Shown here: one piece after another, positions 1-6,301 of the stretch | How positions within the stretch are numbered: the stretch's first letter is position 1 | Layout of the letters: each line of letters starts with the position of its first letter | Origin: Candidatus Komeilibacteria bacterium | Lineage (GTDB): Bacteria > Patescibacteriota > Patescibacteriia > UBA1558 > 2-01-FULL-52-15 | Direction of reading: 5' to 3' | Assembly (NCBI GenBank): GCA_016204595.1 | Contig: JACQKJ010000066.1 | Location: 1 to 28,410 of the forward strand | Length of the DNA stretch: 28,410 nucleotides | The notes under the pieces: generated by a model | Database searches by the model: none | The model's input: the letters and a program-made list of their open reading frames with translations, nothing else | What the model was told of the DNA's origin: nothing | Made by a program: the position numbers and the translations under genes

Positions 1-26
1 GCCTTCAACCACTCGGCCATCCCACC
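1..26 (-). tRNA. tRNA 5' end (partial; probably tRNA-Ser, anticodon outside window)
   Basis: Reverse complement reads GGTGGGATGGCCGAGTGGTTGAAGGC: acceptor 5' strand, T8, and D-arm GCC-GAGTGGTTGAA-GGC typical of class II/Ser tRNAs. The anticodon is not visible. Confidence 0.8.
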
Positions 27-57
27 GTTATTGTTACAATCCTAACTTCCTTTTTGC

Positions 58-114
58 GTCATGCCTGCGAAAGCAGGCATCCAGGTCTGGACGCCGCATC
101 TTGTGCGGCGTGAC
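58..114. repeat. REP/dRS3-like composite palindromic element
   Basis: GTC-ATGCCTGC-GAAA-GCAGGCAT-CCAG-GT-CTGG-ACGCCGCA-TCTTG-TGCGGCGT-GAC: two perfect 8-bp hairpins, a CCAG/CTGG spacer and GTCA...TGAC ends. This layout matches GTCAT...TGAC-type intergenic repeats. Confidence 0.8.
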
Positions 115-135
115 AGATTCTTTCAAATCGCATCA

Positions 136-163
136 ATCATAGCCCTTTTTCGCATTTACGCAA
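136..163 (-). promoter_or_regulatory. putative sigma70 promoter for the tRNA
   Basis: Minus strand TTGCGT-16 nt-TATGAT. Confidence 0.35.
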
Positions 164-190
164 ACGTCTGACGCAAGTTTTTGCGTTGTA

Positions 191-199
191 TGCTATACT
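191..199 (+). promoter_or_regulatory. extended -10 promoter (TGCTATACT)
   Basis: TGnTATACT 24 nt upstream of the ATG at 224. The same motif recurs upstream of other genes in the window. Confidence 0.6.
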
Positions 200-223
200 A
201 CATATGCGTAAAATGAGCAAGCG

Positions 224-1033
224 ATGAAAATAAGCTATACATCCAGATCGCGGCTGACCGACATGCCGCCGTCACGCAGGCGAGGTTCGTCAAGACACTT
301 AGACGTGGTCGCAGGGATCGTGGTCGCGGTCATTTTGATCGGCGGAGCTTTTTTTTGGTTCATCTATGCGCAGTCGCTGAACGTTGAGACCGTACCCGCG
401 CCCGCACCGGTGCCGCTGCCCAAGGAACTGGTTGAGCGTCCGTTCAATGCGGCTGACGGACTGAAGCAGTGCGAGAAACTGACGCCAACACTCGTGACGC
501 AGGCGGAAAAGGATAAACGCATAAAATGCTATGCCGCGGTGATGACCGTATTCGGCACGACCGATATTTGCTCGGCAGCACAACTGGACGCCACCAGCGC
601 TTCATTGTGCGCATCTGCCCAGACTACCTATGAACAGACGCGTCCGCTCCTGCCGACCGGCATGGGAAGCCCGCAGGGCGCGAACGGCCTTTCAGCGATC
701 GAGTTGCTCTTGCAGCAGCGAAATACGAACACCTCTTCGGGGGGTGCTGCGGCCGGTTCTTCAGGGTCTGCTCAACAACCGGGTACGCAGACAGGACAAA
801 CGCCGCCGCCCTCGGGCACGCAATCGCCGACTACATCGACGAGCACAACCCCACCTCCCGGAACAGTTGCGACGAATACGCAGCCTTCGACCGGATCTGA
901 TCCTGGTACCACGTCCTCGAATGGTACAACACCCGGTGATCCTTCAGGAGGAAGCACCAGTACACCGGCGGATTTGTGCATTCTTGATCCGGGCCAGCTG
1001 GTGCTGCTCCAACATACCAATGAGTGCCAGTAA
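224..1033 (+). CDS. hypothetical membrane-anchored surface protein with Cys-containing helical domain and S/T/P/G-rich stalk
   Basis: Basic N-terminus, one hydrophobic helix (VVAGIVVAVILIGGAFFWFIY), four Cys in residues ~80-130, a long low-complexity S/T/G/P/Q tract and a C-terminal Cys pair. An alternative start at M14 (263) is possible. Confidence 0.75.
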   Translation: MKISYTSRSRLTDMPPSRRRGSSRHLDVVAGIVVAVILIGGAFFWFIYAQSLNVETVPAPAPVPLPKELVERPFNAADGLKQCEKLTPTLVTQAEKDKRIKCYAAVMTVFGTTDICSAAQLDATSASLCASAQTTYEQTRPLLPTGMGSPQGANGLSAIELLLQQRNTNTSSGGAAAGSSGSAQQPGTQTGQTPPPSGTQSPTTSTSTTPPPGTVATNTQPSTGSDPGTTSSNGTTPGDPSGGSTSTPADLCILDPGQLVLLQHTNECQ

Positions 1034-1101
1034 TGGCATAGACTAAATACTACGCACCGGTGAGGACTCATTGAGTTGAGTTCTCGTTTGGCGCGGAAAT
1101 A

Positions 1102-1110
1102 TGTTATACT
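1102..1110 (+). promoter_or_regulatory. extended -10 promoter (TGTTATACT) for pilB-pilC
   Basis: TGnTATACT 26 nt upstream of the ATG at 1137. Confidence 0.6.
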
Positions 1111-1136
1111 AGAGAGCGTTTAGCGACGATATTTCT

Positions 1137-2873
1137 ATGCGTTTACCGATTTCATACGATGACGTCAAAAGGCTCCTGCTCGGCCGCAAGCTGATCACCG
1201 AGGAAGACTGGGCCAGCGCGGAAAAAAACGCGAGTCGGCGCCGGCGCGGAATCGAAGAGGTGCTCATCGAGCGTGGGTTTTTCACGGAATCGTATCTCTA
1301 TGAGATGATCGCGGCGGAATTGAAAATTCCGTACGTCAATCTCCGCATGATAAAGATTGAAGACGCGATCATGCGTATGCTTCCTGAAGAAATCGCTCAG
1401 GAGACGCGCAGCATTGCCTTTGGTCAGGAAAAAGCGCACGGCTTGATCAAAGTTGCCTGCATGAACCCGCTTGACCAGGAAATACTCGCCAAGGTTCAGC
1501 AAACGCTGGGTCAGCAGATCGAAGTGTATTTGACCGGAGAGAAAAGTTTCCGTTATGCTGCCCGGCTCTACAATACGAACGTCAAGGAAGAGCTGCTGCA
1601 GGTCATCAATGAGCATTTACACGTTCCGACTGACAGGGATGAAGCAGCCGAATTTGAGCTGCCGGTGGTAAAGATTTTCGATATCATGCTGGAATACGCA
1701 TTTCTCGAGCAGGCGTCCGATATCCACGTTGAACCGCTATCCGATGCGGTGTTGGTGCGGTTCCGCATTGATGGAGATCTTCAGGATAAGATCGAATTAC
1801 CGCTCGCGATCCGCGAAGGGCTTATTGCGCGCATCAAAATTCTCGCGAATCTGAAGATCGACGAGCACCGCGTCCCGCAGGACGGGCGTTTGAGTTTCAA
1901 GATCGATGAGGACGAGGAATCGGCCCGCGTCTCCATCATTCCCACGCTGTACGGCGAAAAAGCAGTGCTGCGTTTGTTGTCCGAGGAAACCGAAAACCTC
2001 AGCCTGCAGGATATTGGTTTGACGAAGGCGAACTTGGACATCGTGATCCACAATGTGGGTAAACCGTACGGCATGGTCTTGGTTGTCGGCCCGACCGGAT
2101 CGGGAAAAACGACAACCCTGTACGCGATCCTGAACTTTTTGAATACGGAAGACGTGAATATCTCCACGATTGAAGATCCGGTGGAGTACGGCATTCGTCG
2201 CGTTAATCAGACGCAGGTCAATACGACGGCCGGTTATACGTTTGCTTCGGGGCTGCGGTCGCTCTTGCGGCAAGATCCGGACATCATCATGATCGGAGAA
2301 ATCCGTGACGGGGAGACGGCGCAGATAGCGGTGCGCGCAGCACTGACCGGGCACCTCATGCTCTCAACGCTCCATACCAATAATGCAGCCGCGGCACCGG
2401 CCAGACTTTTGGACATGGGCGTCGAGCCGTTCCTGGTGTCCTCGACTTTGAACGTGGTTATCGCACAGCGATTAGTTCGGCGCGTTTGCATCGAATGCAT
2501 TGTGACGTACAAATTGTCCGCGGCGGAGATCAAATCACTTTCGGGCGAATATGATCTGCGCGCGATCGTTGTGCGCATGCAAAAATTGGGAGCGCTGGAT
2601 AAAACCATTACCGGATTCTCCCAGCTCCATTTTTATCGGGGGAAGGGCTGTGCCCGTTGCCACCACACCGGCTATGTGGGACGGTTGGGTGTGATGGAAG
2701 TTTTGGGGAATACGCACGCGATTCAGCAGGCCACCATCAAGCATATGTCCTCAGAAGACCTGGAAGTTATTGCGCTCCAGGAAGGAATGGTTCCTATTTT
2801 TGACGATGCAATGCAAAAGGCATTGCTCGGACAGACTACCTTAGAAGAAGTATTGCGTATTTCCAGAGAATAA
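1137..2873 (+). CDS. pilB: type IV pilus / T2SS assembly ATPase (GspE/PulE/PilB family)
   Basis: Walker A GPTGSGKTT, TIEDPVEY, LRQDPDIIMIGEIRD, TGHLMLSTLHTN, Zn-binding CIEC...CARC and an N-terminal MshEN-like domain. Confidence 0.95.
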   Translation: MRLPISYDDVKRLLLGRKLITEEDWASAEKNASRRRRGIEEVLIERGFFTESYLYEMIAAELKIPYVNLRMIKIEDAIMRMLPEEIAQETRSIAFGQEKAHGLIKVACMNPLDQEILAKVQQTLGQQIEVYLTGEKSFRYAARLYNTNVKEELLQVINEHLHVPTDRDEAAEFELPVVKIFDIMLEYAFLEQASDIHVEPLSDAVLVRFRIDGDLQDKIELPLAIREGLIARIKILANLKIDEHRVPQDGRLSFKIDEDEESARVSIIPTLYGEKAVLRLLSEETENLSLQDIGLTKANLDIVIHNVGKPYGMVLVVGPTGSGKTTTLYAILNFLNTEDVNISTIEDPVEYGIRRVNQTQVNTTAGYTFASGLRSLLRQDPDIIMIGEIRDGETAQIAVRAALTGHLMLSTLHTNNAAAAPARLLDMGVEPFLVSSTLNVVIAQRLVRRVCIECIVTYKLSAAEIKSLSGEYDLRAIVVRMQKLGALDKTITGFSQLHFYRGKGCARCHHTGYVGRLGVMEVLGNTHAIQQATIKHMSSEDLEVIALQEGMVPIFDDAMQKALLGQTTLEEVLRISRE

Positions 2874-2878
2874 TACCT

Positions 2879-4069
2879 ATGGCATCCACTGCTTCCGCAT
2901 CAGTTGTGCAACCGCTCTCGCTGCGTCAGGACCAGGCAGCGCCTTCATCGCCGCTTACTCACGAAGAGCACGGTAAAGCGAAGAAGGCAGCGCAACGCGC
3001 AACTCGGCCTCACAATTCCCATACCCTCTCGTTCGGCGTATCCATGAATGAAAAGATTTTTTTTATAGACAATCTGGCGACGATGCTGACCGCAGGTCTT
3101 TCCATTGCCGATTCCCTGCAGACCCTCATGACGGAGGTACGAGGACGCACCATGAAGCGCGCGATCAGGGCTGTCCTTTTCCAGATCGAGAACGGCGGTC
3201 AGCTTTCCGAAGGCCTTATGCAGCATCCGGAAGTCTTCCCGTCGCATTTTATCTCGGTGATTCAGGTCGGTGAAGCCAGCGGCGCATTGAGCGACGTGCT
3301 GACACGGCTTGCACAGATCCTCAAAAAAGACAAAGCGCTCAGGTCAAAGGTGATCACGGCTATGATCTATCCGAGCATCGTGGTAGTCGCGATGATCGCG
3401 ATCGTCATTATCCTCATGATCTATGTGTTTCCGCAGCTCATCAGCATTTTTGAAGAGGTGGAAGTAGAGCTTCCGCTCCAGACCCGGGTGCTTATCGGTG
3501 TGGTGCGATTCATGCAGTCCAATGGGCTGTATGTGGGGAGCGGTCTCATCGTTCTGGCGGCGTTACTTATTTTCGGCAGGAAAATACGCCGCGTCCGCTA
3601 TGTTTATGATTCCATTTTTTTGCGGCTGCCGTTCGTAGGAAATATCGCCCGTGAAGTAGTGCTGGTCCGGGTGATGGGCAATCTGCAGATGTTGCTCGTC
3701 AGCGGCGTTCCCATTCTGGACGCGTTTCATATCGTTTCACGCACCGCAAACAACCTGGTCTATGAAGGGGCGCTGATCGAGATGGCGAATGAGCTGGAGG
3801 TCGGCAAATCTCTCCATGAAACCATGGCCACGAGGCGGAGTTTGTTTCCCACGCTCGCGGTCACTATGGTGAAGGTCGGAGAAGAGACCGGGAAGATCGA
3901 CGAGGTCATGAGTAAACTGCACCTGTTCTATGAGGGGAGAGTTGATACGGTATTTGGAAATCTGTCCACGATCATTGAGCCGGTGTTGCTGCTTGCCATC
4001 GGCGTCGCAGTCGGTTTTATAGCTGTTTCGGTCATCATGCCGATCTACAATCTCACGCAAGCGTTTTAG
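2879..4069 (+). CDS. pilC: type II secretion system F family platform protein (PilC/GspF)
   Basis: Two T2SSF repeats (LATMLTAGLSI...GEASGAL; LLVSGVPI...GEETGKID), YPSIVV and IEPVLLL...MPIY motifs. Starts 5 nt after pilB. Confidence 0.95.
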   Translation: MASTASASVVQPLSLRQDQAAPSSPLTHEEHGKAKKAAQRATRPHNSHTLSFGVSMNEKIFFIDNLATMLTAGLSIADSLQTLMTEVRGRTMKRAIRAVLFQIENGGQLSEGLMQHPEVFPSHFISVIQVGEASGALSDVLTRLAQILKKDKALRSKVITAMIYPSIVVVAMIAIVIILMIYVFPQLISIFEEVEVELPLQTRVLIGVVRFMQSNGLYVGSGLIVLAALLIFGRKIRRVRYVYDSIFLRLPFVGNIAREVVLVRVMGNLQMLLVSGVPILDAFHIVSRTANNLVYEGALIEMANELEVGKSLHETMATRRSLFPTLAVTMVKVGEETGKIDEVMSKLHLFYEGRVDTVFGNLSTIIEPVLLLAIGVAVGFIAVSVIMPIYNLTQAF

Positions 4070-4083
4070 CGGCTGCGGAAAGA

Positions 4084-4181
4084 AATCAGTTACTCGGAAA
4101 CCCGAAGTCGGTTAGAAAAATAAGGAGTCGGTTATTCGGTAATCGGAAGTCGGTTAGAGAAATAGGAAATCAGATATCCGG
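4084..4181. repeat. degenerate heptamer tandem array (14 units)
   Basis: Unbroken 7-nt register: aatcagt tactcgg aaacccg aagtcgg ttagaaa aataagg agtcggt tattcgg taatcgg aagtcgg ttagaga aatagga aatcaga tatccgg. Confidence 0.7.
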
Positions 4182-4226
4182 TCTCCTTAACTGTTTTTTC
4201 ATATCTGAATAATTTATTTCTTACTT

Positions 4227-4265
4227 ACCCATGTACCAGTCGCCCCGTGGGCGACGGTACAGGGT
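4227..4265. terminator. long interrupted hairpin between convergent pilC and pilX-like genes
   Basis: ACCC-a-TGTACC-a-GTCGCCC-cgt-GGGCGAC-GGTACA-GGGT, directly after the stop codon at 4267. REP-like or bidirectional terminator. Confidence 0.65.
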
Positions 4266-4266
4266 T

Positions 4267-5697
4267 TCACCGTATTTCCCGCCACTGCACCAGATCATAC
4301 GCGGTTTCGGTCGACGGAAAATACGGCGGGGCCGCATAGAGCAGGTTCGCATCGTAGCTTATGGACCGGTTCTGGTAGCCGTTTCCGTCATTGTATCTGG
4401 TGCCGTAAATGCCGTTGGAAGCGATGAGACCGAAGAGCGTGAGCGACAGCCGCGTGTCGTACGGGCTGCAGTAGGGGGCGGGATAATAGTAGCGACCGAC
4501 TCGTCCTTTTTTTGCGACCAGCGCCGCATCAATGTGCAGAACATCTGCGCTGACGAGACCGGTATGTATATTGTTCTGGGCAATGATGCCGATGATATCG
4601 GACCCGTTATAGTTGGTATAGAGAAGATCGCTATTGATGGTCACATTCGCGTACGTAGTTGGGTTTTCCGGAAAACGCGCAGCTCCGATGGTGAGTTGAG
4701 CGGTATCGATCTGTCCGTCTATCCAGAGATCATCCTCAATGAAGAGAGCGCCGTTCGCGGGCAGAGGAATAGTTGACGAAAGAGTCTCGGTTGCAATGCT
4801 CCACGTGCCCCAACCGGACTGACCCAGCGTGTCGGCGCAGTCAACCGATGGGGGCGGAACCAGCGAGGTTACTGCATAGACATCGATCGTATCGTTTTTT
4901 TTGAGAATCAGGTGGTAGCCTAACGATCCGGAATTCGGCAGATAGGTCCCGCTCAATTGGGCTTGCGCCTTGATATTTGCAAGGTCTTCCGTGATTCCGT
5001 CAAAATCAAAGGCCGGAGCCGGGAATTGGCGGCCGCCGGCAAACACGTCGGCGCGAGTCGGAACGGCGGCTGGCGGCGAGGGGTCGATGGGGGGTACGTG
5101 CGTATGTACGGCAAATTCATTTTCACCGGTATGACTCGGGTCCGCATAGCTTGAGAGGGCGCTTGTGACAAGGCCGTTTGCGACGCCGTCGAAGCGGATC
5201 CCCCCGTTCGCGTGTACCCGGCCATTCACGGTGACATTTTCCGCGAAATACAGATCGGTATTGCCGATGACCGCATACGAAGCGAGCGAAGGTTGGCTCA
5301 GTACGACCTCGATCGTTCGGTTTGCTGCAGGCGCTCCATCAAGTATGCCGGTCGAGCGCACGATGGCCGTATTTGATCCGCCTGCAGGCGGAGTGATGGT
5401 GAGCGAAAATTCGCCGATGCGGTTTCCGCCCACATCATCGTATTGGTGGACGTACGGACCGGGCTGGTTGGTCCCGTCCTGAAAATCAGTCGGATCGTGC
5501 ACGAGTCGCCAGCGATAATACTCAATGCCTGCTTCGGCGATCTCTATGGTCACTTCCCGCTGGTACCCGAGTTTGGAGAGGCGGATATTGGAACCTGCCC
5601 AGGCTATGATCCCGCCCAAAAAGACCAAGGCGATGACGCCGAACGTGAGAACCTGGATCAGTATCGTTCCTGCATTGTTTGTGCGGAGGGGTTTCAT
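4267..5697 (-). CDS. PilX/GspK-like minor pilin with large C-terminal domain
   Basis: Prepilin-like N-terminus G|TILIQV lacking Glu5, then AEAGIEYYRWRL (PilX N-terminal signature) and a beta-rich C-terminal domain. Confidence 0.85.
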   Translation of the reverse strand: MKPLRTNNAGTILIQVLTFGVIALVFLGGIIAWAGSNIRLSKLGYQREVTIEIAEAGIEYYRWRLVHDPTDFQDGTNQPGPYVHQYDDVGGNRIGEFSLTITPPAGGSNTAIVRSTGILDGAPAANRTIEVVLSQPSLASYAVIGNTDLYFAENVTVNGRVHANGGIRFDGVANGLVTSALSSYADPSHTGENEFAVHTHVPPIDPSPPAAVPTRADVFAGGRQFPAPAFDFDGITEDLANIKAQAQLSGTYLPNSGSLGYHLILKKNDTIDVYAVTSLVPPPSVDCADTLGQSGWGTWSIATETLSSTIPLPANGALFIEDDLWIDGQIDTAQLTIGAARFPENPTTYANVTINSDLLYTNYNGSDIIGIIAQNNIHTGLVSADVLHIDAALVAKKGRVGRYYYPAPYCSPYDTRLSLTLFGLIASNGIYGTRYNDGNGYQNRSISYDANLLYAAPPYFPSTETAYDLVQWREIR

Positions 5698-5701
5698 TGT
5701 T

Positions 5702-6301
5702 TCATTTGTTTTTCAGCGACCGTATCATGGCGCGCGTCTCGAGCATTCTGGCGGTCTGACCTGATACTCCCGGATTGATCTGCAGCCGCATCTCGACCAG
5801 GCGGACATCGGAGGGGGATACGGGCTGCGTCAGAGCAGGGGATGTTGTCGAGCCGTCGAATGCAGCCCCGTAGTAGATGAAGTACGGCGGTGCCGCGATG
5901 ATATTGTCGATGAGCGATGCAACCGATTCATTCGCGGGGTCATACGTCAGCGGCTCGCCACTGGGAGGTATGACGCCCCGATACAGAATCCCGCTTTCGA
6001 CCGAATACCGTATGCGCTCGATCGCAGAATCCCCGTTAATGTCCGCGTAGAACAATACACTGTCATCATCCGTGTTAGCCAGAGCAAAACTCCCGTCATA
6101 GGGAGTTTGTGCCGCTCTCAGTTCTGTTGCGAAGTTGCGAAGAATGATGAGTGATTTCTGATCGATGGATGACCGTGATTCGGCAAGCTTGCTATTCTGC
6201 AATATCGATAATTGAAATACAGCTATGCCCCCCAGTATCAATGCAAAGATGGCCAATGATGTGATAATTTCGAGAATGCTGAAGCCGGGGCGTTGGTTCA
6301 T
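5702..6301 (-). CDS. minor pilin, prepilin-type N-terminal cleavage/methylation domain (PilW/GspJ-like)
   Basis: MNQRPG|FSILEII (Glu5 present). Start re-assigned to the ATG at 6301, which overlaps the upstream stop as TAATG. Confidence 0.88.
   Translation of the reverse strand: MNQRPGFSILEIITSLAIFALILGGIAVFQLSILQNSKLAESRSSIDQKSLIILRNFATELRAAQTPYDGSFALANTDDDSVLFYADINGDSAIERIRYSVESGILYRGVIPPSGEPLTYDPANESVASLIDNIIAAPPYFIYYGAAFDGSTTSPALTQPVSPSDVRLVEMRLQINPGVSGQTARMLETRAMIRSLKNK

Noticed and set aside
725-970. S/T/G/P-rich tract as a DNA tandem repeat
   Set aside because: Low complexity is at the protein level only. Codons vary and there is no fixed nucleotide period.
1055-1080. Short palindromes CACCGGTG and ACTCA-T-TGAGT
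   Set aside because: Too short to distinguish from chance, and no U-tract.
4084-4181. Possible CRISPR array
   Set aside because: Units are 7 nt with no unique spacers, and there are no cas genes.
4267-5704. Alternative genetic code (TGA readthrough as in Gracilibacteria/Absconditabacteria)
   Set aside because: TGA terminates genes at sensible positions (5702-5704, 4267-4269), and core genes are intact under code 11.
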